Part shown: piece after piece, positions 48,274 through 61,022 of the stretch | Numbering within the stretch: the first letter of the stretch is position 1 | How the letters are laid out: each line of letters opens with the position of its first letter | DNA from: Flaccisagitta enflata | Taxonomy: Eukaryota | Assembly (NCBI GenBank): GCA_965153355.1 | Contig: OZ231126.1 | Coordinates: forward strand, 19,592,001 to 19,656,000 | DNA length: 64,000 nt | Direction of reading: 5' to 3' | Made by a program: the position numbers and the translations under genes | Notes under the pieces: model-generated | What the model was told of the DNA's origin: nothing | The model's input: the letters and a program-made list of their open reading frames with translations, nothing else | The model's database searches: none

Positions 48274-49361
48274 TGTTACAGCGACAAACTATGAACAAGG
48301 GGGGATCAAATGATTTGAAAATGGGGAAGGAAAACGAAGGACATGGAAAAGAAAAGCAAATCAACGGAGGTTTTAAACCTTTGAATACTAGTACTATATA
48401 GTATATGACTGTGACTGCCGAACCAAGGCGTTTCGAATAATGCCGACTTAAAAATCAAGTGAAGAAATGAACGTACGAGTGTAAAGACTGACAGGTATAC
48501 GGAAGGACAAATGGACAAACATATGGACGGTCAGACATGGACATATGAAAGGATGGAAAAAAGGATGGATGGAGCGGGATAATGATTCTGTTTTAACAAG
48601 GCCACGTTATGACCAATTAGTGTTTCTCCCAGATAGAATTTCTGAATGGACGTTTTTGAATTAATGAATGAATGAATGAATGAATGAATGAATGAATGAA
48701 TGAATGAATGAATAACAGAGTGAAAATAAATGTGGCGTGATAGGTGATAAAAATGAAGAACGTCAGAACCAGCAATTTTGTGCATTTCAAACGTTTGCCT
48801 GACAAATCAACCAACAGACTGATTGACTGACTGACCCACCAACCAACCAATGGACAGATCAACAGACATTACCTTTTATAGGAATGGGAGGACCCACTTA
48901 ACAAGGCCAAGATGGCCAATAAGGTGCGCCGTGTGGATCGTCGAACGAATGCGTTACCGACAGACCAACCGACCAACCGACAGACAGACAGACAGACCAA
49001 CGGACATAGCCAGTTATAGAGGTGCGTTGGCGCACCTAAAAAGGGTTTTATTATATTCATAATCCTTACAAGTGGAAATTCTGCTTGAGCAGCCGTGCAC
49101 TACCATGCGTTTCTCTGATTTGCATAATTGAGTAAAATCTTGCATTTTCCGGCGTGCTACAATCCGTTAAGCGCCGATATCCTAGGAAATGACTTATTGT
49201 GGTTCAAGGAAAGGTTATGGTGAGTTTAAAACAATTTCGAAAGATGAAAAATTTCCTTGTCACCTAACCGCCTGAAAAAAGAATCTACCTTGAGTGTTCA
49301 TCCAAGTTAGCGTGAGGCTCACTGCTGGAAATCTGTCTTGGAGCGTAATGACTTTACGCAG

Positions 49362-49709
49362 TACGTCCCGTGAAGCGCCCCAAACTTTGACTATGGCTCT
49401 CACCAATCTTACCACAGTTGAGGCTTGGTAAAAAAACATTCCATGCAAAACTTTGGGCCTCTGAGATAGCAGGAACCTTCGTCAGGGTGAGGTTGAAGTT
49501 TGTATTGAATTAGCATTGGAATCAATATTTCTATTATGCAAATTTTGTCTCTGCCATAGGTTTCTATGGAAACTTCATGGTCACCCTGACAAAGGTTCCT
49601 GCTGTTCTAGAGGCCTGAAATTTTGCATGGGATGTTTTTTTACCAAGCCTCAACCATGGTAAGATTGGTGAGAGTCAGCGTCGAAGTTTGGGGCGGTTCA
49701 TGGGACGTA
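49362..49709. mobile_element. hAT-type palindromic MITE
   Basis: ~130-bp inverted arms tacgtccc...gggacgta; exact 8-bp TSD ttacgcag (49354-49361, 49710-49717). Confidence 0.85.
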
Positions 49710-50086
49710 TTACGCAGTCTATCGCATATCGTGTACATTTCATACTAGCTTGATGCAGCTTTCTGAATGGTTTAGGTTTTAATCATTTTTTTCTGTTTTC
49801 GTGACAGAGAAACGAAGCCCCTGCTCGAAGCTGATTCTCAATTAGTAACATATTACTTGTTTAAAGTCTCAGTCACACCTCTCTCTGTAACAAGACTCAG
49901 CAACAATACTACGATTCAACAATAAGCACCTAATTGATTAAAAAAGGAAAACAATCAAGCAAACAGGAAAAACAATTATAAAAATTTTACAGAGTGAAAA
50001 AAAATTAGAAACGCCGAGGTTTTCAGCGCCTCATTGACGCCCGGCAACGTTCTTTACACGTCAGCAACCCCGAACTAACTGAAACT

Positions 50087-51760
50087 ATGAACGTTCAAGA
50101 CCCCGAGGCGTTGATACAATGCCCTTATGAAAAAGTGCATATGATCCGTCGAAAGAGAATGCCTTACCATTTGCAGAAATGTCGTCGTAACTACCAGGGA
50201 CAAGCGTTCAAAGTGTGTCCTTTTAACGCCCGTCACGAAGTGCCAGAACCCGAATATCGCCATCATCTCCTCCATTGTCCTAATAAATATATGGTAGAGA
50301 AGGACATGATCCATATCAAGAGACTGCAGGAAGACGCGGCCTACCGTGAAAAGTACGACGGTGGTCTCAAACGCTCATCGTCTCCGAATCATTCGTCAGT
50401 CGCGACAGTGGGATCCTGCGTTGGATATGGGGCTTCGGATCGTCTCGCTGATAATCTGAGCCGCGCCTTTGATCGAGGCGTTACGCTCACCGCCCGCGAC
50501 GTGCCTTCGCCAAAACCCGAATACGATTGGTTCGAAGACGGTTCGCAATCGCAAAATTATTATTCTCAAGGATACTCGCCGAATCAAAGTCCGCCTGAGC
50601 GTAGGCGTCAACCACTACAGGAAAGGCGGCTTCCTAATGATGTGGAAACTTCCGACTACGGCAGCGACGGCCTTGAAGGATCGTCGACGCCCGGAAGACC
50701 CGAGTCAAAGTCTGCGTCCTCATCTTCGTTCCAACCTCAAACGGAACCCGTGACGCTGCAAATGATTAAAGCCTTTGGCCGAGGCAGCGACGAGCGTCTG
50801 CTAGACGAGCGTCAAGTAGGATCCAGCACCGCTGAAAATAGCAATGAGAACGTCGATGACGCGGCTATATTTGGGGCGCGGTTTCCGCCTTCATTGGGAA
50901 GAGGAACGACCATAATGATGACACCGGCGACCGTCGGTTCTAGAGCCTCTGCCGCTGCGATGAAATCAATTGATGTTGAGTGGAGGAACTCGCCAACCGC
51001 TGTTTTAACGGCGACCAGTCGTGACATGACCCGTGAAATTTACGAGGACGACAGTGGGAACTACGAGGATGCTCCCTCGGATCATCAAGCGTATCCAGAC
51101 TATCATTTTCAGGATTCCTCGGACGACCATCGCGAGGACGTTCTCTCACAACGGCATTATATGGAACAGTTACAACATAGGAATCATCAACAATGGGAGG
51201 AGGAGGAACAGCGTCAGAAGCAAATTCGAGAGCAACGACGTCGAGATATCGAGCAAGAACGAGAGGACCAATTTCGACAAGAGCAATATCAACAGTACCG
51301 CCAGCAACAGCACAACGAACAGCAGCATGTGACGTATCGCGAGAACTCTCCATCGTTGATGTCGCGGGATGCCGACGCGAAATCGGCGGAGGATCGCGAG
51401 ATTGGCTGCGCCAATTTCCCCTCATTTCAACGCGGACTGACGCCTCGCTACAATTCGACATTTTGCGCGGATCGACCGCTCTCCAAACAAGCTCAGATTC
51501 AGTTGGCTCAGCAACAGCAGATGGGAGAAGGCGAATACCAAAACTATGGACGGAGCGTGAGGCGTGGGAAAAGAGGGAAGAACTTCGGCCGTGGCGCGGG
51601 GAAGAGGTTTCAGTTCAATCAGCAACAGACACAACAGCAACAACAACAACATCAACAACGTCAGCAACAAAATGACGATTGGAACGAAGGCGATGGTCAG
51701 AATCGAGTCGCCCTTGGAAGAGGCATCAGTTTAGGCAGGGGATGCGGTTATGATAACTAA
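50087..51760 (+). CDS. GTSF1: Gametocyte-specific factor 1 / Asterix-like protein (tandem CHHC zinc fingers, long disordered tail)
   Basis: [21 protein letters not shown] and [21 protein letters not shown] at the N-terminus of a single-exon 557-aa ORF. Confidence 0.82.
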   Translation: MNVQDPEALIQCPYEKVHMIRRKRMPYHLQKCRRNYQGQAFKVCPFNARHEVPEPEYRHHLLHCPNKYMVEKDMIHIKRLQEDAAYREKYDGGLKRSSSPNHSSVATVGSCVGYGASDRLADNLSRAFDRGVTLTARDVPSPKPEYDWFEDGSQSQNYYSQGYSPNQSPPERRRQPLQERRLPNDVETSDYGSDGLEGSSTPGRPESKSASSSSFQPQTEPVTLQMIKAFGRGSDERLLDERQVGSSTAENSNENVDDAAIFGARFPPSLGRGTTIMMTPATVGSRASAAAMKSIDVEWRNSPTAVLTATSRDMTREIYEDDSGNYEDAPSDHQAYPDYHFQDSSDDHREDVLSQRHYMEQLQHRNHQQWEEEEQRQKQIREQRRRDIEQEREDQFRQEQYQQYRQQQHNEQQHVTYRENSPSLMSRDADAKSAEDREIGCANFPSFQRGLTPRYNSTFCADRPLSKQAQIQLAQQQQMGEGEYQNYGRSVRRGKRGKNFGRGAGKRFQFNQQQTQQQQQQHQQRQQQNDDWNEGDGQNRVALGRGISLGRGCGYDN

Positions 51761-52163
51761 TTTTCTATTTGATGTAATGATCGTGGCGTCGTGGTTTGTT
51801 CCATACTTGATTTTCTCTTTTGATTTGTACTGTAGTTTACCAAATTATATTTAAATCACGGATCATGCTCCAAATTGACAATATCATTTGCTTTGGTTCC
51901 AGAATCTAATTTTTGATTAATGCGATTTACACATGTTGTCCAGCGGAAATTGTAAATAATGATTTTTTCTCGCTTTATCATTTCTTTAAGTTCAATTTTT
52001 ATAGATTCACGTCACTCTTTACAATGTATATTTTCCTCATTCCCAGTTCTTAGCCTAGATCGCCAGCTGGATGAAATTCGCGATGAATTGTTTGATAAGG
52101 ACTATGGTACAGATTGTTTCTTTCGCGTCTCGCTCTATCGCTGATACTGGACCAGTTAATGTC

Positions 52164-54024
52164 ATGGAAAGGCGAATACTCTGTTGCAGTTTGAGGAGAT
52201 ATGCTCATAGAAAAAGGACCAAATACAAACCCCAAAACAAGTGAGGAAAACTCTGCTAGATTTGTCACTTCAAATAATTTTGATTCTACTGGCAGTTTTG
52301 CAGGCCTGTATATTGTTCCGTATTCCCCCCCCCCCCGTGGGGGGGGGTTTGAAGAAAGGGAAGGAAAAGGAAGGAGGAAAAAAGAGAAAAAAAAATTGTG
52401 GAAAATATAATTTTTGGCAATAAAAAATCATAAAACATGATAAGTAATATATAATTTAACACTATTTAAACCTTAAACACCCAGTTTTAGTGGTTTATGG
52501 GGAAAAAAAACATTGATTTGGTAATGCGACGCAATGCGTCGTGGGGAAGAAAATTAAAGGCAGGGGGGGGGAAATAATCATAGGTTATGGAATTATATAC
52601 ACCCCTGCAGTTTTGTTAAGTCCTGACCGGTTTCGCGTTTCTCTCTCACCCCTTATCTGTAAATCCACAGCTCCCAGCCCCCCATGCCATATTCTCTCTT
52701 AACTGGTTCATTCCACTCCCACTTTCTTGACATCCTCAAGTTTTTGGCCAGGACACGGGAGGTACTGTTCGGCATACATCCCGTGCGCGAGGCCATGACG
52801 CAGCAAAGACGTGAGATCTTTCGGTTGTTCCTCAAACACGATTTTGAGACGAATCCTAAGTTGAAGGAATTGGCCGTCGTGGCGGGTGACATGGAAATTC
52901 CCGTTGAGTTGAAGCATTTAGGAGAATTAGATCGTCTCACGGACGTCGACAAATTTAACAACTTTAGACCTCATCAAGGAGCCTGCCTCGACTGCAGGTG
53001 AACGAGGTTCATGCCTCTGGAAACCGGTTTTTGCTCGCGGTCGCTTTTGTTGAAAGACTTTAATACTGCATATCCGGGTCAGTGTTTTATTTTGACGTTC
53101 CAACTTAATGCACTCTTCTCCCTCACTAAACGTCTACACTCTACAGCCCTCTTTCTACTACGAACATTTCCACCTACGGGGACTTTCTCGCTTCCGCTCA
53201 TCTCGATTCTCAGTGGCTTTTTCCGGTTTTAGCCGACGTTAAAGATCCGATGAACCTCGGCGCTATTTTGCGTTCTTCGGCTTTTTTCGGCCTTCATCAG
53301 CTTCTTCTGTTGGGAGAAGGCGGCATGAGGAAGGTTTCGCCCGTCGTTTCCAAAGTAATTAAATCTTTTTTCGTTTCTTTTGATATTCTTTTTTTTTGTG
53401 TGTGTTGCGTGTAGAGAGCTTGCCTGGTCAATTTCTATTGAGCGAGAACAATCACTTTTGCTGCTTATTTACTAGCACATTGTTTCTTTATTTCTCCCCT
53501 CACTTTACATGTTTGACATCCATCAGGCGTCATCCGGCGCGGCAGAAGTAGTAAAGTTATTACGCCTGGAGGAAGGACTCGACTTTTTCGTCGAGGCGCG
53601 TGAGATGGGCGATACGCTCTTGGGAACTTCCGTCCCGGATCCGGAACCTGACGAGGTTGACGACGACGAGGAGAGAAACTCTATCGGCGTTGACTCATTA
53701 TTTGGTTTTCCATCAAATTCCTCTTTTCCGCAACCTCCTGCTCCTCCTCTTCCTCCTCCGCCTGGCGTGCATTTATACGATGGTGTCAGCGGCGACCATG
53801 TTCCCTCTGGCGTCCTTCGACGACGATCGCCGACTTTTCTTCTCCTCGGCAGCGAAGGACGCGGTCTCGATCCCAATTTATTGCGACTCTGTCATTTCCA
53901 TGTGCGGATTAATTCCAGTCGAACTCCGACAATGACTAAAAATACACTGAATAACGTGGATTCGTTAAACGTTTCCGTGGCATCCGGTATTTTGTTGCAT
54001 CATTTTGTTTGTTGTGCCGTTTGA
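52164..54024 (+). CDS. MRM1: Mitochondrial rRNA methyltransferase 1 (SpoU/TrmH family)
   Basis: Phase-consistent exons 52164-52240, 52671-52997, 53147-53354, 53527-54024. EVLFGIHPV, RPHQGACL, DVKDPMNLGAILRS, SPVVSKASSGA, LLLGSEGRGL, VDSLNVSVASGILLH; Arg-rich presequence-like first exon. Confidence 0.9.
52301..52607. mobile_element. hAT-type MITE
   Basis: caggcctgtata / tatacacccctg ends; exact 8-bp TSD cagttttg on both sides. Confidence 0.8.
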
Positions 54025-54121
54025 AGGTGGATATCTAGAGATGAACGTGACGTGACTGTGAAAGAGGCCACCTATGTACAAATGAGACTAATATGCCTAT
54101 GTTCCACCTGAATGACTGCTA

Positions 54122-54832
54122 ATGCGGTGTCTCTCTCGAATCTGGGCCTCTCGCCTTCCTCTTGTGGGAGAGGCTTGGAACTTCCCCACTTGCGTCAGAA
54201 ACGGCAGCAATGGTATCGATAATGAGAGATGCAAACTAAAGAACATTGACGCCGATGATGATAATACCGATCGACATTCCTTCACTCATTTGGATTCTTC
54301 TGGACGCGCGAAAATGGTCAACGTATCGACCAAGTCCGTCACCACGCGCACGGCGACCGCGTGCGCGCGTATTGTCATGCCGTCTTTCGTTGTGGCTGAA
54401 GTGCGGCGCCAAAACGTGAAAAAAGGCGACGTATTGACGGTAGCGCAAATCGCCGGCATTTGTGGCGCTAAAAAAACGCCGGATTTGATCCCTCTTTGTC
54501 ATAATATTCCTTTGTCCAAAGTGGACGTAGAGTTGACTGCGCGAGGAGGCAGAGGAGGGGCGGCAGCAGGAGAAGCAGCAGCAAGAGAACCAGCGACAGG
54601 AATGTATGAAGAGGAAAACACAAATGCCTCGATTCCCTTTGAGGGCATCGACGTCGTGGCGACGGTGAAGACCGAGGCAAAGACGGGTGTGGAAATGGAA
54701 GCGTTGACGGCGGTTTTGGTGGCATCTTTGACGGTCTACGACATGTGTAAAGCGTTGACCAAAGACATAATAATCACCGACGCGCATTTGATAGAGAAAA
54801 CTGGAGGCAAGGAGCTCTATAGACGATCGTGA
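54122..54832 (+). CDS. moaC: Cyclic pyranopterin monophosphate synthase MoaC (MOCS1B-like), stand-alone
   Basis: FTHLDSSGRAKMVNVSTK, KKGDVLTVAQIAGICGAKKTPDLIPLCH, KTGVEMEALTAV..LTVYDMCKA, EKTGGK; N-terminal extension resembling a presequence. Confidence 0.93.
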   Translation: MRCLSRIWASRLPLVGEAWNFPTCVRNGSNGIDNERCKLKNIDADDDNTDRHSFTHLDSSGRAKMVNVSTKSVTTRTATACARIVMPSFVVAEVRRQNVKKGDVLTVAQIAGICGAKKTPDLIPLCHNIPLSKVDVELTARGGRGGAAAGEAAAREPATGMYEEENTNASIPFEGIDVVATVKTEAKTGVEMEALTAVLVASLTVYDMCKALTKDIIITDAHLIEKTGGKELYRRS

Positions 54833-55164
54833 TTACGCCTTTCAATTTTCAAATGTATCGATGTCGAATCTAATGCGGACGATGCGGTTACCTTAGAACT
54901 GTTCTACCTTCTTGCTAAATATTTGTCATTTCTATGAAAATGAAACATTCTTTTTGTTCATCACTTTTGTTTTCAGGCACAAATCATTATTTCTTTTCTT
55001 ATGACTACAACATTTGGGGCCCCATCAACTCTCCTCGTTCGGAAATACATATCAGGGCAAAGGTGTAGAAGCTGGCCGGACATACGAAAGTACATGTTAT
55101 CGAAATTCTTTATGTGACATCGCGCCGACATAAAATTATCAAGGTCATCCCTGACCATAGCCAG

Positions 55165-55519
55165 ACCCCACCCCTACCCCTAAACGGAACCCTACGGCCT
55201 ACACCCAACCTTACCCTAAACTCAACCCCACCCCTAAATCCAACCCTACCCCTAAACCCAACCCTACCTTTAAACTCAACCCTACCCCTAATCGCAACCC
55301 TGCCCCTAAACCCAACCCTACCCCTAAACCCAACCCTACCCCTAAACCCAACCCTAGACCAAACCCTAAAATTTAACCCTCTCCGAATTCCCCACCCTAT
55401 TGAAGTCAGGGATAAACCTACCCTAGACAAAATCCTAAAATCTAACCAACCCCAGACCAAACCCAAAAATTTAACCAACCCTCTCCGAATTCCCCACCCT
55501 ATTGAAATTAGGGATAAAC
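55165..55519. repeat. Telomere-like 18-bp repeat (ccctaaacccaaccctac)n and duplicated ~40-bp block
   Basis: Directly visible degenerate tandem units; ctctccgaattccccaccctattgaa occurs at ~55379 and ~55481. Confidence 0.8.
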
Positions 55520-55579
55520 GTAAGGTCAGGAAACTACAAAATTAGACTGTCCAGCTCCTTTACCTGGACCCATACGAGA

Positions 55580-56527
55580 ATGAGTGCCGACTGTTCCAGC
55601 AAAGAGGGATGGTACAAAATAGTTCATTGTTTGAGTCTATCCGCTTTCAAAGATCACCGAGAGTTGAAAACTCTCGGCTTTTTCTGTCCGGATGATCCAG
55701 ATCCCCCAACGTTTCAGGCAGTCGTTTCTTGGACTTTCATGACTTTATCGGTCTTTTTCGAAGTCCGTGACAACATCCGTGTCAACGTGAGACTCACCTT
55801 CAAACTCTATGATAAAGACGGAGATCTGCTTGCCCTGAAAGAATGTCCCGGTCACAGTCTGCGTCCATATGAATTGACCAATTACCAACTATTCGAAATC
55901 AGTCCAGGAAGCCGTGTTGCAGAATGGAGATTAGTCTGCGTCTGCGAGTACAGAGTTGAAAGCAGTACCACTCAGGCCGGGCAACCTCTCTCGAATTCTT
56001 GTTTGTCCTCGGACTATCTCGAATTACTAGAGTCCGCGGCCTATTCCGACGTCACGTTTCTAGTCCGGGGAGAACGAATCCAGGCTCACAAGTTGGTATT
56101 ATCCACCAGATGCCAATACTTCCAACGGATGTTCGAATCCAATACCCAGGAAGGCTTGACCAACGAAGTGAGGGTAACAGACATCAGTCCAGACGTTTTC
56201 CGGGGTTTGTTACGCTTCCTCTACTCCGACGCGCTGCCGAAAGATTTCCCCGAAATCGCCTTGGATCTCCTCGTCGCGGCGGACAAATACGGCGTCGAGA
56301 AGTTGAAGTGGATATGCGAATCGGACGCGCCTCTTAACGTTGATAACGTCGTCGACGCGCTACATCTGGCGGAGAGACTCGACAGCGGAAGACTGATGAA
56401 TCGAGCCAAGAAGGTCTTCAAAACCAACTTCAAAGCGTTGATGCAATCGAACGAGGCCCAAGAGAAACTAAGCAGAAGCCTTCTCTTTGAATTGCTCTCA
56501 TATATGCACAGTTGCACACTGAATTGA
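55580..56527 (+). CDS. BTB/POZ domain protein (SPOP-like, divergent N-terminal domain)
   Basis: YSDVTFLVRGERIQAHKLVLSTRCQYFQRMF..DISPDVFRGLLRFLY..LLVAADKYGVEKLKWICE. Start uncertain, since the frame is open back to 55502. Confidence 0.85.
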   Translation: MSADCSSKEGWYKIVHCLSLSAFKDHRELKTLGFFCPDDPDPPTFQAVVSWTFMTLSVFFEVRDNIRVNVRLTFKLYDKDGDLLALKECPGHSLRPYELTNYQLFEISPGSRVAEWRLVCVCEYRVESSTTQAGQPLSNSCLSSDYLELLESAAYSDVTFLVRGERIQAHKLVLSTRCQYFQRMFESNTQEGLTNEVRVTDISPDVFRGLLRFLYSDALPKDFPEIALDLLVAADKYGVEKLKWICESDAPLNVDNVVDALHLAERLDSGRLMNRAKKVFKTNFKALMQSNEAQEKLSRSLLFELLSYMHSCTLN

Positions 56528-57001
56528 GCCAATAGGAAGGTTGAGAAGTAATAAACCAGAATGTTTTATGACAATCACTTCACTAGCGCTTTTGGTCAGA
56601 ATAGTCTCTCATATATTGGTAACATTTTGTATGATCTTTGACTGGTTGACAATTTTAATCTCTTGAAATGAAGTGATGTCGTCTCGACTAGGAAATACAG
56701 CGTGGATACTTGATACGTAGAAGGATTGATATTTTGCTTGTCTGATTCTTAGGCCCTTAGGGGTTGACGATCGGGTATGGTATCCGTCCGTCTGCCGTCT
56801 GCGCCTTTTTCAGGAAAAATGATTTTAGTGTAAAGATATAGGGTAACCACAATCACAGCGGAGAATTCCGATGTAGCGAATAACTCCAATTGTAAAACCA
56901 GCGGCCCTTGAATTCACACTTGTCTCCAAATTTGATAGTCGATCTTGGAGTCTGTAAGGTCGGATGGCTTAACCGGCGCATGTACCCTGACAATAAACGC
57001 G

Positions 57002-58905
57002 ATGTATTCCACGAGTTCTCAAGTGAAAAACTGGATTTTCGAGGACGCGAAGGAACTGGCATCGTCGCGCGAGGATGCGAATGGACGCTTTTTGGCCGAA
57101 ACGCTCGGCGATGACGACGATGGTGAAGTGGACGAGGAGACCAAAGCCAAGTACTTGACGATGGCCGAAGAACGACAGTTGGTCCAACATTACGAATACG
57201 TTCTCAAAGACTTTTGCGGAAAATTCTCACCCGCGATGCCTAAATACGTCGTGGGAACGACCATGGCGTACATGAAGGTTAGTGTTGGGAGTCAATCACA
57301 TTTTCCTTCACTGACAAATTAGTTAGTCGCCCAAAACTATCCGCGTGCAATCGTCGATTTTTCATCGAAATCTCCCTTTCATGGACCTTTTCATCGTAAT
57401 CCCGTTTCATCGGAATCCCGTTTTATCGGAACCCTCTTTCATCGTTTGCCTTTCATCGTAATCCCTTTTTCATCGAGATATCCATCGGTTTCTTAACGTA
57501 TACACTTACCTGATCATTCTGCCCAACTCGTCTCCCCTTTTCCCTTCAGCGGTTCTACCTAGAAAACTCGGTGATGGATTACCACCCTCGTGACGTGATG
57601 CTCACTGCGCTTTACTTGGCTTGCAAAGTGGAAGAGTTCAACGTGTCCATCGTCCAATTTGTGGGCAATCTCAAAGGCGATCGTAACAAAGCCGCCGATC
57701 TCGTATTGTCCTACGAACTCATGGTTATGGAAAAACTTCATTTCCAGCTCACAGTACACAACCCTTATCGACCGCTGGACGTAAGTGGTCACTGCGGGTG
57801 TTGATGAAATGTTGAGAAATGTAACCTATTTACTTCATATCATGGGTGAAAACGCTTGATACAGTACATGAAAGTAAACTGAAGGGTCGGGAGGCGTTGT
57901 ACAAGGCCGGGCTTGGTTAACTGGTGGTTGTGTGAACAGGCGATTGCGATAACAGGCGATTGTGTGAATCTTTGAACGTCTGTTTTAACTTTTAAGATAT
58001 ATGGAGTGATGTTTGATAAGCAGACGATCTCCCTGAATTGCCATGCCCGTCTCGTGACCATCGGCGCGAGTAATGGCCTCGTTATTCCCTCTTTTCTAGG
58101 GCTTCCTCATCGACCTGAAGACGCGGTTTCGACAGCAGCTAAATCAACCGGAAGTATTACGTAAAAACGCCGACGCGTTCGTCGATAAAAGTCTCAACAC
58201 CGACGTTATGCTCCTTTTTCCACCCGCTCACATCGCATTGGCAGCCCTCCTTCATTCCGCCAATGAATCCAAAATTGATCTCGGTATGTCCACGATCAAA
58301 TCTTATGGTCCCTCTGCCGAGGCCAATTGTAGCCTTTTTTATAGGGTTGGAGGAACGGCACGAGCAGCCAGAAACCGTTTGCAAGATTGATTGATTCAAT
58401 ACGTTGTTTTTTGATTGCTAGATTGTTCGATAGATTCGGTTGATTTGTTGATTGACAGCTTGATAGGCTGTTCGATTGACTGACCGATTGATGGGTAGAC
58501 TTCCTGATTTATGGTTTAACTGCCCAATTGACTGATTGCCCTATTGTTTGATTGACTGATAGGTCGGTTAGTATAGTGATTGACCGATTGATTGGTCTTG
58601 ATAGACAGATTGTTTAATCGTTGACTGACTGACTGACCGATTGATTGGTAATTACATAGGCTTAAATACGTAGGCTTTAACGCATTTATTGCTTTCTTGA
58701 CCAAGATCCGTATTTGATGATGGTGGTAGAGTCGAGCGAGGAGCGACACGCCAAGTTAAAGAACAACCTCTCAAAAATTCAAAAACTGGTGCGAAAATTG
58801 CCGACAATGAGTCGAGAAAACATCCGAAAGATCGAGCAAAAGTTGGAACTTTGCCGAAATCAAAGCAAAAATCCGGCCAGTGATGAATGGAAGAAAAAAA
58901 TGCAG
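57002..58905 (+). CDS. CCNH: Cyclin H (exons 1-4; last exon(s) not found in window)
   Basis: Phase-consistent exons 57002-57277, 57550-57780, 58100-58283, 58706-58905. [69 protein letters not shown]. Confidence 0.93.
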
Positions 58906-59492
58906 GTTAATTATCTGGATGAGGGAAAACGGGGCTCTGGTGCGTGGAAAAATAATTTGGCGCTTCATAGTGGGCTTGGACAGTCCTTCGGTTACCGCAT
59001 ATTTGGAAAGTCGGACTAAGACTGATGTAAAGTGATTCCAATATCTTTAAAAGGCTCAGTAGTTAAATGAAGATTTCCCTTGCTTACTGTAAGATTGGCT
59101 AGGTCCATTTTTGCAACAATTTATTGGAAAAAAGTCGAATTACGTAATTCGACTTTTTGAAACGTAGGGGAGAAATCGGGTTTTCCATTTTCGATTTGGG
59201 GAACTTTAGGAAGTTGAGCCATTTCCTGCCTGGGATGATACATTTTTTGATATTCACAGCTAAGAAAGAGCTTATTTTTCTCTTTCAAATGGCGCCAACC
59301 AGAAGTCTCTACGATCATTAGTTTTGGCGCTATTAATTTTTTAAGCTTTTTTTATTTTTCGCATTTTTGCGAAAATTGAGATTTTTCATTGATCTTATTT
59401 ATCGGCCCCTATGTAACAATACAGAAAAGTCAGGATGTTACACAAATTGACCCTGAGTTTTATGACGCTAGCTTTTGCATTTTATTCTGCTT

Positions 59493-60300
<808 letters not shown>

Positions 60301-60599
60301 CAAGCACACACGCACACACTCAAAGACAAAGGAAGACCAAAAAAGAGACGCAGAGAGACAGATTGAATGACAAAAACAGGAGGCAGTCAACCAGACATCA
60401 TGAGATGCACACAGAAGAAGATGCAATGAAAAAAAAGACTCCCATTTACGACTTTTTTCCAGCCGGCGAGAGCCGCCTTTATTGGTAGAATAGCTTCGGG
60501 AATGTTTCTGTTTTGAACATACTTATCCAACTATCAGGTAAGATCATTTTAGCAGTACCGAACGCAGCAGTCCCTTTTTGCTAATTTTCTTCCTTATTC

Positions 60600-60830
60600 T
60601 GGGGATGTACCTAGCAGTCTTGCAGCAGTCCCAAGCTCTTAACATTTTGGGGATGCGCCCAGCAGTCCCTCAGCAGTCCCCCCAAAGTATCATCTCAACT
60701 AAGATGGGGATGCACCCAGCAGTCCCTTAGCAGTCCCTCCTACCCTAACTTGGGGATGCGCTTAGCAGTCCCTCAGCAGTCCCTCTTACCTTAACTAGGG
60801 GATGCGTTCAGCAGTCCCTCAGCAGTCCCT
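60600..60830. repeat. Five degenerate tandem units ggggatgc..agcagtccc.cagcagtccc
   Basis: Directly visible, with related linkers between units. Confidence 0.85.
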
Positions 60831-61022
60831 AAAAAAAAATCTCAGTATGATAAGTATGTCGCAACAGTATATCTTTAACTAGCATGGGGATGCTATAAGA
60901 GCCGATTCTGTGCAATGCGCTGAGCTTTGGGATCAACCATAAAGACTGTTCTAAAAGTGACATTATTAAGTTTCACATTTGCTGTTCCTCATCATTTGTA
61001 TTATATTGCTATTAGTATAAGA

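Noticed and set aside
54122-54832. Bacterial contamination or operon explanation for moaC next to a SpoU methylase
   Set aside because: The methylase has GT-AG introns, the neighbours are eukaryotic genes, and MoaC has a eukaryote-style N-terminal extension.
55110-55545. True telomere, or collagen-like/LNPTLP protein
   Set aside because: Degenerate interstitial 18-mer repeat between genes, not a pure telomeric array; the ORFs are repeat artefacts.
60600-60830. CRISPR-like repeat/spacer look
   Set aside because: The linkers are related to each other and short, the repeats are degenerate, there are no cas genes and the context is eukaryotic.
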